Shown: one piece after another, positions 1 to 10,078 of the stretch
Layout: every line of letters begins with the position of its first letter
How positions within the stretch are numbered: position 1 is the stretch's first letter
From: a virus
Lineage: Duplodnaviria; Caudoviricetes
IMG/VR virus record: IMGVR_UViG_3300029288_000071
Coordinates: 96,001-160,000 of that record
DNA: 64,000 bases
Direction: 5' to 3' (one strand)
Notes under the pieces: generated by a model
Databases searched by the model: none
What the model was told of the DNA's origin: nothing
The model's input: only the letters and a program-made list of their open reading frames with translations
Made by a program: the position numbers and the translations under genes

Positions 1-441
1 TTTTATTTCTTGATTTTCATTCACATCATCTCTCTGTCTTTCACCAACATCAACATACAGTTTTCCTGAACCTTTACATTTATCACAAGTAATTCCACTT
101 TTTGTATCACTCATATCTCCAGTACCCTTACATTTAGGACACTTTACCATTCGTTTGGGTTGTTTGGAAATTATTCCGATGTATTTTCCACCGGGTTTAT
201 AGAGACCTTCATTCGTAAATTTTGGAGGTTTATCTGATTTCATTGTTTCTACTTTAATATAGTGAATGTGATCAGCGCCATCTCCATCCCATCCATATTT
301 TCTACCGCCTTTTTCATCAGGATCTATGACAATATCAAAAGTATGACCAATATTCCCAGATTTTTTAATATCATCTAGAATTTTTTCTAGATTATCATCT
401 TCATCTCTTACCAATAAAGTTATTTTCTTATAAGTTTCCAA
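1..441 (-). CDS. Partial ORF (runs off window) with DnaJ-type zinc finger repeats
   Basis: Not in ORF track. My translation from TTG at 441 is open to position 1 and contains CPKCKGTG and CDKCKGSG (CxxCxGxG x2). Confidence 0.65.
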   Translation of the reverse strand, partial: METYKKITLLVRDEDDNLEKILDDIKKSGNIGHTFDIVIDPDEKGGRKYGWDGDGADHIHYIKVETMKSDKPPKFTNEGLYKPGGKYIGIISKQPKRMVKCPKCKGTGDMSDTKSGITCDKCKGSGKLYVDVGERQRDDVNENQEIK

Positions 442-442
442 C

Positions 443-1300
443 TTATTTCTCTAATTGTTTTAATTCTTCCAAAAGCTGGCTGTACGTCATCAAAGCTTCT
501 GCTTTTTTCTGTTTCTTAAAAGAACCAACCTCAGCTAGTTTTTGCATTGCTTCAAATACTTTAGATAGTAAAGTTCTGTCTTTTATCTGTTTCATGTGTC
601 CATACAAATCTTTTTCAAATTTCTTTACTTTCTTTTCAGCAAATCTATCAAAACTATTATCTGAAGTACATCGGATATATTCTTGTAATATCTGTTTTTG
701 AGTTTCATTTAAAGTTTTATCATATTTGTTATTAAATTTCTTAATGATAAAATAATAAGTTAATTCATCAACTGGAAGATCTTTTTGGGGTTTAGTTACA
801 AACTCATTGATTCTTTTTATTTCTTTATTATCAAGTAAGTGGTTAATAACACTTTCTTCAATTTGTACTTTATGTTTTACATCATTTATTTTATCATTTC
901 TAACTGCTTCCATTAAAGAATAGATTGAAGCATATGTTTTATAGTTCGGAACATATGTTTTGAAAAATGTTTCTTTATTAAAATTAGAATTTATTTCAGT
1001 TAAAAGAGCATATTTTTCATCTCTAAGTTTCTTAAGATCTAATTTTTTTGAAGTATTTAAAACTTCTGAAAGGAGATGTGATGCTGATTGCCAATTTTTT
1101 TGTTCAGAATACATGATTGCATTAAAAAGATTTAATTCTTCTAGTAATTGTGAATCTTTATTAAAATATTTTTTTATAAGATAAAGTGCTTTTTTAGCTT
1201 TAGCATCATCTTTAGCTATTTTATTTGAAACTACTTGTTGTGATAGTAATTCGAATAATAGGCCCGAATTACTTTTCTTGTGATGTTTTATTTGTTCCAT
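443..1300 (-). CDS. Hypothetical protein downstream of portal (head module)
   Basis: 285-aa helical ORF overlapping the portal 3' end. Confidence 0.6.
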   Translation of the reverse strand: MEQIKHHKKSNSGLLFELLSQQVVSNKIAKDDAKAKKALYLIKKYFNKDSQLLEELNLFNAIMYSEQKNWQSASHLLSEVLNTSKKLDLKKLRDEKYALLTEINSNFNKETFFKTYVPNYKTYASIYSLMEAVRNDKINDVKHKVQIEESVINHLLDNKEIKRINEFVTKPQKDLPVDELTYYFIIKKFNNKYDKTLNETQKQILQEYIRCTSDNSFDRFAEKKVKKFEKDLYGHMKQIKDRTLLSKVFEAMQKLAEVGSFKKQKKAEALMTYSQLLEELKQLEK

Positions 1301-3173
1301 TATCTTTGCTTTCTCGTAGATTTAATTTTTTATCTAAATTTATAAATATACTGCTAAGTTCTCGTGAAATTTTACTTCGTTCATGTAAAGAATTACTAAG
1401 AAAATCATATTTCTTTGCAACTTTAATAATTTCCTTATCTTCTTTTTGTGAAGGATCAAACAAATCTATAACATTTTTAGGTTGTTCTTCATCTTCTTTC
1501 ACTTCTTTTTCTTTTTTAGCAGTAGGATTAGACATAGACATTGGTCTATTTCCTGAATTTTTATATACAGAACCTGTTCTATTTGCTAAAGAAGGTGCAG
1601 AAGCTCCAGGTTTAGCACCACCGCCTGGAATTATATCAATTGGTTGTTGTCCAGTTGGTAGTGAAGAAGGTGCTTTCCCACCAGCTCCAACATTTCCTAC
1701 TCCAAAAGGTTTTGAACCATAACTTTTACCATCTTCACCTTGTTGTGGCATATTAGCATTTGCAACTTCTTGAGCAATTTGTTGTAATTCAGCATTAAAT
1801 TTAGTATCTTTGTATACTCCAAGATTTATTTCTTTAATTTCATCATCTGTTAGTCTAAGTATTTTTCTCTGAGCTGTTTTTCTATCCATACCAACACTTT
1901 GAATAGCAGTTGTATATGTAGCAAATCTAGTATTCATCAATTCTAATTTCATTTGTTCATTAACAGTAGATGGATTTGTTAAAAGCAATTTAAAATCAGT
2001 TAAATCTTCTACATCTGTGTACCCAAGAGCATACAAATGAATCATTGCAATTTTGTTAAGTTCAGAAACTGCAAATTTTTGAATTCTATTAATTGTTTTA
2101 GCAAATCTAATATCTTCTTGACTTAATGTTGTTTTACCTTGTAATTGTTCTTCAAAAGTAAGATAAGCTCGAGGGATACCTAATGCAGCAATTAAATTTG
2201 ATTGTACATAACGAACATCATCAATATCTCCTAAGTTCTCTGCACCTTTTAAAGTTTCAATTCTTGTACCACTATCTCTTCCTCTAGTAGCTAAGAAATA
2301 GTCTTCTTCTTGTGAATGAACATTATATCTCAAATCAACATTTCCGGAAGAATCAACTAATGGAGATCTTTTTAGAATATCTTTTGCTTTTTGCATAAAT
2401 GATGGTACATCATTTGCACTGATATTTCCTACATCTATATAAAATATTCTTCTTTCAGGAGCTCTTTGAATTCTATACACTAACATAGCATCTTCAATTA
2501 AGTTTAATTGTTTCCAAATTCTACGAGCTGGTTCTACTAATGATTTTCCGTAGGGTAAGAAAGTATCATCACTAACAATTCTAAAGTGAGCAATTTGCCA
2601 ACTATCAAATACTACAGAAGAAGCTGTATTCCATTTGAATCTAACAGAATTAATATCACCATCAAAAGCTTCTTCTCTTTCAATTTCTACAGTAGGAAGA
2701 GGCATAAAACTTGTTATTCCTTCACCTTCAACAACATCTAACAATAAAAAGAAATCTCCATATTTGCACATATTTCTAATCCAATGCCATAAATGTTGTT
2801 CTACTGCTAATTTCTCAAAAAATAATTCTTCTAGAACTTGTTTTATTTTATCTGATGAAGATGCTATATGTAATATTTTTCCATCTTCATTATGTGTAAC
2901 TGAATCATCAGCAAAAATATTTAAAGCAGTTGAAAGAATACTGCTATTTATATCCATCATCTCATAATCACGAGTTCTTGCTAATCTTTCAGTAGATCCA
3001 GCTAAAGAATGCATATATTGATTTGAAGCTACTTTTGCAAATGCTCCAAATATTCTAGACTCCATTCTATTTGACGGACGATCTGCTGGGATTCTACTTT
3101 TTATAGTAGGTCTTCTTAAAAGATTACGTAATCTTTTGTAGAATCGATAGTCACGTTCTATATTGTCTGCCAT
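1269..3173 (-). CDS. Portal protein (T4 gp20-like)
   Basis: Motifs LIEDAMLVYRIQRAPERRIFYIDVGN, EEDYFL, TRIETLKG, LGDIDDVRY, EDIRFAKTINRIQ typical of the gp20 family. Confidence 0.95.
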   Translation of the reverse strand: MADNIERDYRFYKRLRNLLRRPTIKSRIPADRPSNRMESRIFGAFAKVASNQYMHSLAGSTERLARTRDYEMMDINSSILSTALNIFADDSVTHNEDGKILHIASSSDKIKQVLEELFFEKLAVEQHLWHWIRNMCKYGDFFLLLDVVEGEGITSFMPLPTVEIEREEAFDGDINSVRFKWNTASSVVFDSWQIAHFRIVSDDTFLPYGKSLVEPARRIWKQLNLIEDAMLVYRIQRAPERRIFYIDVGNISANDVPSFMQKAKDILKRSPLVDSSGNVDLRYNVHSQEEDYFLATRGRDSGTRIETLKGAENLGDIDDVRYVQSNLIAALGIPRAYLTFEEQLQGKTTLSQEDIRFAKTINRIQKFAVSELNKIAMIHLYALGYTDVEDLTDFKLLLTNPSTVNEQMKLELMNTRFATYTTAIQSVGMDRKTAQRKILRLTDDEIKEINLGVYKDTKFNAELQQIAQEVANANMPQQGEDGKSYGSKPFGVGNVGAGGKAPSSLPTGQQPIDIIPGGGAKPGASAPSLANRTGSVYKNSGNRPMSMSNPTAKKEKEVKEDEEQPKNVIDLFDPSQKEDKEIIKVAKKYDFLSNSLHERSKISRELSSIFINLDKKLNLRESKDNGTNKTSQEK

Positions 3174-3186
3174 TTTTAAATAATCC

Positions 3187-3279
3187 TTATACTTTAATTA
3201 CAGTTTTAGCTAGATCATTTGGTGATTTAACATTTAAATGCATTATTGATATTATTGTTATTGTTAATATATTTTTCAT
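3187..3279 (-). CDS. Possible 30-aa small ORF between terminase and portal
   Basis: ATG..TAA fills the gap exactly (MKNILTITIISIMHLNVKSPNDLAKTVIKV); no other support. Confidence 0.3.
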   Translation of the reverse strand: MKNILTITIISIMHLNVKSPNDLAKTVIKV

Positions 3280-3280
3280 T

Positions 3281-4888
3281 TTAGCCTACCAAATAACTTA
3301 AATCTTCACCTGCTACTACAAAAGGATTTTTATTTTGTCCTTTTCTAACATTTTCTTGTTGAATTGATGTATCTTCAACTGAATGTCTACCTTTTTCAAT
3401 ACTAATAGAATTTAATAGAGCTTCTGTTTGTAATATATCAGATGAAGTTAATCTTAAAGTAATATTTCTTACAAATAATCCAATAGCTAATGCCATTACT
3501 AAGTCATCATGTGTTTTTTCTGCTGCTTGAGCTCTAATTTGATTCCCAGTATTAACCCAAATAAATCCTTTAATTTCATCTAATAATCTTGATGAATGAA
3601 TAATATATTGTTTTTGTGTTAGAGTTTCAGCATATGAATTAATTACTAAAGGTCTGTTTTTAGGACCTGTAGTAAATCCTGGAATCTTATCAGGTCCCGG
3701 AATTGACCAATTTAAAGGATCAAAAAATAATTGTCCTTCTACTTTCTTTGACCAATACATCTTAGGATATTGAGAATCTAATACTCTTTGAATTGCTGCA
3801 TATCCAACGTTATTATTTTCACAAACAATCATTGCATTATTATATCTTCTTCCGACTTGAACAAGTAAATCACCAAATGTACTTGGATTTATTTTTCCTT
3901 TATATTCTGCTACTTGTTCCATATCTTCTACACAAGATACAATAATTGTAGAATAGTCTCCACCATCTCCTCTAGCAATATCTGAACTTAAAATGTAATT
4001 CTTTCCATATTCCATTTCTTTCCATATCCAGAAATTATGATCAAAAGCTTCTTTAGAAATTGGTTCTCGTATATAATTCTTTTCATACCATTCAATAGTA
4101 TCTGCATCAATAACAGTGTTTCCTGATTTTGCAAAATCACAACAGTATTCTTGAGCCCATTGAGCAGTTGTCATTGTAGCGCGTTCAGATTCTGCCCAAG
4201 CTTCATCTCTTTCAGGATGCAAACTCCAATGTAATTTTATAGGGAAAAAAGCTGCAACATCGTCAGATTGTCCTGATTCTGCTTTAACCCATTGCTCATG
4301 GAACCAGTTTCCAATACCTTTTGGAGTAGAAAGAATTACTGCAGATCCACCAGTTGCTAATGTAGGTCTAGCTGAAGTCCAAACTTCTTCAACTAATTTA
4401 TTTTTTATCATTGCAGCTTCATCAAATATCAATAAAGATAAAGCTTCAGATCTTGCTGTATCAACAGTTGTAGTAGAAGATTTAATTACTGATTGATTTT
4501 CTAATTGAATAGATTGTTGATTATCATTTGTTTGCGCTGGTACTAACCATTCAGGTACACTATTAAGAAACAATTTACATTTTCTGATAAGATTAGTTGC
4601 TACATTCCCTTTATTTGCAAGAATAAGAATTTCTTTAGCATTAAAAAAACAAGCTAACCACACACAATAAGCAGACATAAGAGTTGATAAACCCATTTGT
4701 CTGCCTTTTACAATAATAACAAATCTATTTTCTAACATTCTTTTTATTACGTTAGTTTGAAAATCATACAAACCAAAAGGTATAATACCACGGTCAGGAT
4801 GTTTAATACGTCCATATTTGTTAATAAAGTAACAAGGATCTTGTCTACATTTAGCTATTTCAGCTATTTGATCATTTGTTAATTGCAT
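3281..4888 (-). CDS. Terminase large subunit (T4 gp17-like)
   Basis: LYDFQ Q-motif, deviant Walker A KGRQMGLST, Walker B LLIFDEAA, STPKG coupling motif, nuclease motifs SSDIARGDGGDYS and HDDLVMALA. Confidence 0.95.
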   Translation of the reverse strand: MQLTNDQIAEIAKCRQDPCYFINKYGRIKHPDRGIIPFGLYDFQTNVIKRMLENRFVIIVKGRQMGLSTLMSAYCVWLACFFNAKEILILANKGNVATNLIRKCKLFLNSVPEWLVPAQTNDNQQSIQLENQSVIKSSTTTVDTARSEALSLLIFDEAAMIKNKLVEEVWTSARPTLATGGSAVILSTPKGIGNWFHEQWVKAESGQSDDVAAFFPIKLHWSLHPERDEAWAESERATMTTAQWAQEYCCDFAKSGNTVIDADTIEWYEKNYIREPISKEAFDHNFWIWKEMEYGKNYILSSDIARGDGGDYSTIIVSCVEDMEQVAEYKGKINPSTFGDLLVQVGRRYNNAMIVCENNNVGYAAIQRVLDSQYPKMYWSKKVEGQLFFDPLNWSIPGPDKIPGFTTGPKNRPLVINSYAETLTQKQYIIHSSRLLDEIKGFIWVNTGNQIRAQAAEKTHDDLVMALAIGLFVRNITLRLTSSDILQTEALLNSISIEKGRHSVEDTSIQQENVRKGQNKNPFVVAGEDLSYLVG

Positions 4889-6030
4889 TATTTCTTTTTA
4901 CCACCTGCTGTATAATGAGATTTATATCCCTTCTTTTTCATCCACCAAGCTAATGCATAGGGATTCATCTTTTCTAAAATAGCACATTCTTTTTCAAATT
5001 TCTCAGGATGTTTTTTCATTGCTTTAACAGTTCCAGAAAATCCGGGAGGACATGCTTCATTTTTCTTTTTAGCTTTTCTAGCAGCAGCCATTCTATTACT
5101 ATTTCTATTTCTGAGTGCTTGAGTTTCATTCCTTCTTTTAGCTTCATTTACTACTTCATCTTCTTTTTTCCCACACATTTCATCTAATTCTGCTAATTGA
5201 GCAGCTTCTAATTTTACATGTTGGATTGATTGAATATTAGCTATTTTAAATGCTCTTAATCCCTTTCCTAAAACGCCCACATAGACATTATCCCCACTTA
5301 TTTTTGTAAATCTACCAAAGTAAGTTTTAACTTCACCTGTTGAAGCTTTTTTGTAGCGCATTGCTGCTTCTGCTTTATCAGAAACAAGATTTTCTACTTC
5401 TTGCTTTGCTACTTCAGTTAAAACAGTTTCATGAATTACTTTTTTTAATGTTGATTTATTAATTTTCATTTTGTTTTCTAAAAGTTCATTCTCAAGTTTA
5501 TCATAATCTTTTTTAACTTGAGAGATAGGTTTATTATATTTTTTTGCTAAATCTTTATATTCTTCATCAGTAGCTCCTGAAAGATACAATTTTTTAAGTT
5601 CAGATTCATAAGATTCAATTAATTTTTTACTTTCCCATGTTATGGGTTTATTTAAGAAACTAGTTGGTAAATTTACCTTCATACCTGATACTGCTAAAGT
5701 AGCTGTATCTCCTAAAGCTGATAAAACTTTATATTTTTGTTCAGGTTTAATAAGTGATTGAACTCTAGCTGGAAGTTTTGATATTGCTTTCTGAACTATT
5801 GATACTTCATCACCTGAATCAATCATCTGACCTTGAGCACCAAGACCTTCTAATACTTCACCACGCAATGCTTTTTGAGCATAAATTCTTTCTTTATCAT
5901 CAAGTTTATCATAAATTTTTGTACTTTGCTTATACAATTCTTGTTTCAAATAAATATCTGAATTAGGTTTTGCTTCTAATTTTTTAAGTTTTCTAGCTAA
6001 TTCTATGTATTGATCTACTTCTTTTCTCAT
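4888..6030 (-). CDS. Putative virion/internal head protein, multi-module
   Basis: Glu/Lys-rich; internal MKINKSTLKKVIHE motif; WYL/SH3-like segment LRAFKIANIQSI. Confidence 0.5.
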   Translation of the reverse strand: MRKEVDQYIELARKLKKLEAKPNSDIYLKQELYKQSTKIYDKLDDKERIYAQKALRGEVLEGLGAQGQMIDSGDEVSIVQKAISKLPARVQSLIKPEQKYKVLSALGDTATLAVSGMKVNLPTSFLNKPITWESKKLIESYESELKKLYLSGATDEEYKDLAKKYNKPISQVKKDYDKLENELLENKMKINKSTLKKVIHETVLTEVAKQEVENLVSDKAEAAMRYKKASTGEVKTYFGRFTKISGDNVYVGVLGKGLRAFKIANIQSIQHVKLEAAQLAELDEMCGKKEDEVVNEAKRRNETQALRNRNSNRMAAARKAKKKNEACPPGFSGTVKAMKKHPEKFEKECAILEKMNPYALAWWMKKKGYKSHYTAGGKKK

Positions 6031-6306
6031 TTATCTTCTCGTTCTACTTGCTGGTGGAAATTGTCTTGGTTGATTTCTTTGTCCAAGATATTTATGTTCA
6101 ACTCGATCTCTTCTATTTGGGTGTTGAAACATATAATTCTGATGATTGTCTATATACCAATAATGTTGAATAGGATGCCATACCCACAATGGATGAGTTA
6201 TTGTTACTCCAATATAATCAGAAACATATTCAGTATCAGTAGTTACTACTTGTGTATAACAACCACAAAATAAAAAAATTAAAAATAAAAATATTAAATT
6301 TTTCAT
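6031..6306 (-). CDS. Putative small lipoprotein
   Basis: N-terminal K, hydrophobic stretch, then lipobox-like LFCGC. Confidence 0.5.
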   Translation of the reverse strand: MKNLIFLFLIFLFCGCYTQVVTTDTEYVSDYIGVTITHPLWVWHPIQHYWYIDNHQNYMFQHPNRRDRVEHKYLGQRNQPRQFPPASRTRR

Positions 6307-6821
6307 AAGTGATGTTCCTTTGCTCTTTTATCTACTTCATCTACAAATTCCCCCCAATCAATTTTTGTAGGATCCATTGTATTAGGATCAAAATTTATTG
6401 CTTCACCAGGTTCAGGTTTCCATACTTCTCTTCCAGAATTCATTCTTCTAGTTTCATTAATTGATTGTTTAGTAGCTTCTTGAAAAGTAGTTGTTGGACT
6501 AAAATCAATTCCTTCTAATGCATTTTCTACTTTTTCTTCTACTGGTATTTCATCCATTATTTCATTAATTAAATCATTTCCTGTATCAATTTTCTTTTTT
6601 TCAATTAAATGAGGAGCTTTTTGCTTTACTATATGCACTTGCTGTTTTTGAGCAGGTACTTTAGTTGATATTTTTGTATTATTAAAACTTTCTAAAAGTT
6701 GCTTTTTTAATCTTTTAGATTCTATATCAAATTCTTCACGAATAATTTCTCTAATTTGAGAAGAAATTTCTTTCATGATCAAATCTGCTAAAGCATTAAT
6801 TTGGCTTCTTTTGACTTTCAT
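6303..6821 (-). CDS. Hypothetical head-module protein
   Basis: N-terminal MKVKRSQINALADLIMKEI motif; adjacent to prohead protease. Confidence 0.55.
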   Translation of the reverse strand: MKVKRSQINALADLIMKEISSQIREIIREEFDIESKRLKKQLLESFNNTKISTKVPAQKQQVHIVKQKAPHLIEKKKIDTGNDLINEIMDEIPVEEKVENALEGIDFSPTTTFQEATKQSINETRRMNSGREVWKPEPGEAINFDPNTMDPTKIDWGEFVDEVDKRAKEHHL

Positions 6822-6838
6822 TTTTTAAATCTTTCAAC

Positions 6839-7447
6839 TTAAAATTTACTAATTTTATCTAAAATGTTATTAACTGCTACTATTCTATCAATTTTAGGAT
6901 TGTAGAAATATTTCTTATGAAAATCATAAGATTCTGTTAAAATAGCTTTAGATACAGATGGATTTGCTACTGCATCATAAGTAATTAATTGTAAATCTTC
7001 ATTTACAATTTCATGATTTTCATTATTTCTTCGAGTTGAACCAAAAGCTCGTGAGCTTGTTCCTACTGAACCACCAGCTTCAAGAATAGCTTTTAAATCT
7101 TTTCCTTTTGAAGTATTTAATACTTCTGCTTTACCTACAACTTTATTATCTTGCCATTGAAGTTCTTTTATTAACCAGCAAGCATTGCTAAGTTCTATAA
7201 TAGAACTATCTGGATGATCTAAAGCTCCGTATGCTCTATTCTCTTCAATCATCTTTTGAAATTTTTCAACTTCTCTTTCAAGAATTTCTTTTGGATAAAT
7301 TCTATCATTTTCATTTAAGGTTCCTGCTTCTGAGAATATTCCAGAAAGAATAACAGGTCCACCAGATTGAATTTGTTCTTTAATTAATTGCTGATTATAT
7401 GCCAATGGTCTGTAAGTAAGCAATAATCTTTGTTGTTTATTTTCCAT
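6839..7447 (-). CDS. Prohead core protease (T4 gp21-like)
   Basis: NENDRIYPKEIL, GALDHP (catalytic His), GTSSRAFGS (catalytic Ser), YDAVANPS. Confidence 0.95.
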   Translation of the reverse strand: MENKQQRLLLTYRPLAYNQQLIKEQIQSGGPVILSGIFSEAGTLNENDRIYPKEILEREVEKFQKMIEENRAYGALDHPDSSIIELSNACWLIKELQWQDNKVVGKAEVLNTSKGKDLKAILEAGGSVGTSSRAFGSTRRNNENHEIVNEDLQLITYDAVANPSVSKAILTESYDFHKKYFYNPKIDRIVAVNNILDKISKF

Positions 7448-7448
7448 A

Positions 7449-7721
7449 TTATTTAATTTCCTTGATAATGTTTGTAAGACTCAATTGCTCAATAGTCTCT
7501 TTATTAGCTCTTTTATTCATAAAGAAACGTTTTCTAGTTTTATCTGTAAATTCAATAATTACAGAAGTTTTTTTAGGACTAACAGATTGTACTTTTCCAA
7601 TTTTATTTTTATACTTGACAGTTCTGCCTACAGTGAATTCTTGTAACAAACTTATCTTCTTAATACGTTCTGATTCAATCTGATTTATAATTTCGATTAA
7701 TTTAGATAGATGTTTTTTCAA
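7449..7721 (-). CDS. Hypothetical protein (SH3/KOW-like small beta domain)
   Basis: FTVGRTVKYKNKIGKV pattern. Confidence 0.45.
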   Translation of the reverse strand: MKKHLSKLIEIINQIESERIKKISLLQEFTVGRTVKYKNKIGKVQSVSPKKTSVIIEFTDKTRKRFFMNKRANKETIEQLSLTNIIKEIK

Positions 7722-8703
7722 GTTTTTTCTCTTTAAGTACTTTTTTGAATATTCGAAAATTTTCTTTCAAATTCATCATTGCAGTCATAACTGATTTATA
7801 TCTTTCAGGTGATATTTTACCTGATTTTAATTGATTTGTTAAATGATCAAATTCTGGTGAATCCATAAAAGACTGTTGTCTTTGTTTTGCAGCATTATCT
7901 GCATGTGTAGGAATAGGTTCAGATTGTTTTGGCTTTTCTGGTGTTTTTGCAGGTACAGATTTTGTACTAGGTTTTGACATTTTAGCAAGCTTTTGTGATA
8001 CACTTGGCTCTTTTACAGGTACTTCTTTATTTTGTTGCCCAGCTATCTGATCAATTCCTTCTTTAGCTTGCCATTTTCTCCATAATGGATAGTAAGCAAC
8101 ATCATCTAAATCTCTAGGTTGTTCTAATCCTAAAGCAGAAATCATTGCTCGTTTTTCTTTTTGAATCTTTCCAGCTAAACTCCAACCAAAATTAGTACCT
8201 TGATCTAAAAATAATTTTTCATAAGTTTTTTCACCATTCTCTTTTCCATATTTGTCTATAAAAATCTGTTGACAATGACCATAATCTACTGGTCTATCTT
8301 CTCGATTATACATTCCTCCTACTGAAGAAGAATCAATTGCTTTCATTCTTTTAGGTCTTGGCTCATTATCATATTTATGACTATAGCCTTCTCCATGAGC
8401 AATTTTTATAGGAGCATTTTTCCAATCAGTAGTATCAGGTTTTGTAGCAAGTTGTGCAGGAGCAGAGGTAGGTTCAGATTTTGTAGGAACAGGTGTAGCA
8501 GATTTTGCTGGTTGTTGAGTTGGTTGTTTTCCACCAACTTTTACTAATTGTCCTCCCTGACTTTTAGCAACTACTTTACCAGATTTATCTTTATATCTTC
8601 CAAATCCAGCAGAAGTTAGTCCTTGTTGTTTAGCTTGATCTGAAGCTTGAGATTCAATTATTTCTAATATTAGTTTTTTTAGTACGGACTTCCTTATTTT
8701 CAT
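7702..8703 (-). CDS. Putative internal head protein
   Basis: N-terminal MKIRKSVLKKLILEIIE, QAKQQGLTSAGFGRY module seen in T4-like virion-associated proteins, and Pro/Thr/Lys linkers. Confidence 0.5.
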   Translation of the reverse strand: MKIRKSVLKKLILEIIESQASDQAKQQGLTSAGFGRYKDKSGKVVAKSQGGQLVKVGGKQPTQQPAKSATPVPTKSEPTSAPAQLATKPDTTDWKNAPIKIAHGEGYSHKYDNEPRPKRMKAIDSSSVGGMYNREDRPVDYGHCQQIFIDKYGKENGEKTYEKLFLDQGTNFGWSLAGKIQKEKRAMISALGLEQPRDLDDVAYYPLWRKWQAKEGIDQIAGQQNKEVPVKEPSVSQKLAKMSKPSTKSVPAKTPEKPKQSEPIPTHADNAAKQRQQSFMDSPEFDHLTNQLKSGKISPERYKSVMTAMMNLKENFRIFKKVLKEKKLEKTSI

Positions 8704-9190
8704 GTACTTTTCTCGGGCGTATGATGGCGAACCATCTTTTAATTACTTTAACATCTTCTTCTTCCCACCAGTGCTCCATAAAAGTATCAATTCTCATTTT
8801 TATGTTTTTTGAATATCTTGTTTTTTCACCTTCTATCCAATTTGAAGGATCAGCTAAATATACAAATGATTCATCAATATCATAAATAACTGAATAGTGT
8901 CCATTATTTCCATTATTAACTCCTGATTGAAAGCAAACTAAAACAGGAATATTTCTTTTTAAATATTTTTTTATATCTTCTAAATTACCATTTATTCTTG
9001 AATAAAAAGAAAAACCAAATTCATGAGAAAGATTTCGCATTGTTTGAAAATCTGTTCCTTCTTCTGTAATATCTCCTAATAAAATAAGTTCTTGTTCAGA
9101 AACTTTAACTTTGTAATAGTTAAAAATAGTTCTAAGTGCTGCTGGGCCACAAGTATAGTTAGTTTTCTGCTTACATGCTCTTAGGTTCAT
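8654..9190 (-). CDS. Peptidase C39-like cysteine protease
   Basis: QKTNYTCGPAAL (oxyanion Gln, catalytic Cys), GHYSVI (His), LADPS (Asp). Confidence 0.85.
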   Translation of the reverse strand: MNLRACKQKTNYTCGPAALRTIFNYYKVKVSEQELILLGDITEEGTDFQTMRNLSHEFGFSFYSRINGNLEDIKKYLKRNIPVLVCFQSGVNNGNNGHYSVIYDIDESFVYLADPSNWIEGEKTRYSKNIKMRIDTFMEHWWEEEDVKVIKRWFAIIRPRKVHENKEVRTKKTNIRNN

Positions 9191-9201
9191 TAGATATCAA
9201 T

Positions 9202-9450
9202 TTAACCTTCTTGATAATATTGAATTTCGTCTAGTATTTTATTCAAGTGTGACTCAATTCTTGATTGCGTTGCAGAACTCATTGAAGATGTGCTTAATTG
9301 TCTCATCAATTTTAATTTGTAAGCCCACAATTCATTTGCAATCGCATCAAATTTAGGATTGATTTTTCCTTCTTTTATTGAAAGCTGTTGCTTTTCTCTT
9401 AATTTAGATATCTTATGAGCTTCTGAAACGAGCTTCTTCATTGTTAGCAT
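9202..9450 (-). CDS. Hypothetical protein
   Basis: ORF track; tight gene packing. Confidence 0.5.
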   Translation of the reverse strand: MLTMKKLVSEAHKISKLREKQQLSIKEGKINPKFDAIANELWAYKLKLMRQLSTSSMSSATQSRIESHLNKILDEIQYYQEG

Positions 9451-9613
9451 TTTCTTTGTCTTTCTTCTGAGCTTTTATTCTCTCAGCTTGAACAATTTCT
9501 TGTTCTATTGATAAACAAATCTTATTTAAGATTGGATATACATCTCCATAATGTAATTTTGAAGAACGCAGAATAGCTCTCATTAATTCCAATCTAAATT
9601 TTTTCTGATTCAT
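9413..9613 (-). CDS. Hypothetical protein
   Basis: ORF track; tight gene packing. Confidence 0.5.
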   Translation of the reverse strand: MNQKKFRLELMRAILRSSKLHYGDVYPILNKICLSIEQEIVQAERIKAQKKDKENANNEEARFRSS

Positions 9614-9615
9614 TT

Positions 9616-10062
9616 TTAATTTCCTTGTGACATTGCATCAGTCCATAAGAATGCATAGCAATCAGCAGAAGTTAAAGCAACACTAGACAATCTAATGTAT
9701 CTACAAGGAATATTTGAAATTGTAATCATATTATATCCAGAAGATAAAACAGCTAAATCAACCCAATTAGCAGTAAAAGATGGATTGTATCCTACTGGAA
9801 TTGATCTTCCACTTTCGGGCATTGAAATATGATCATTCCAATCAATTCCTGTAGCACCAGCACTGATAAGATTACTACTGTTTGTTTGAATTGTAATATC
9901 ACTTAGTGCTGTAGTTCCTCCAGCTAATGTAAGTGTCCAATTTGATGCACCGCACCAAACAAAATTAGAAGCTGTTAATCCTGCAGCTGTCATAGATGAA
10001 GTAGTATCTCTTTTTAAAATAACTGCATCATCTTGATATATTGGTCTAAATGTACTTGACAT
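9616..10062 (-). CDS. Putative structural beta-rich protein
   Basis: Ser/Thr/Ala-rich, Lys-poor composition unlike neighbours; RYIRL motif; good RBS (AAGGA). Confidence 0.45.
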   Translation of the reverse strand: MSSTFRPIYQDDAVILKRDTTSSMTAAGLTASNFVWCGASNWTLTLAGGTTALSDITIQTNSSNLISAGATGIDWNDHISMPESGRSIPVGYNPSFTANWVDLAVLSSGYNMITISNIPCRYIRLSSVALTSADCYAFLWTDAMSQGN

Positions 10063-10078
10063 GTTTTTCCTTAAAAAT

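Noticed and set aside
4915-4960. WWMKKKGY in 4888..6030 as a tag copy
   Set aside because: It belongs to a different NPYALAWWMK motif and lacks LMxxIGY spacing.
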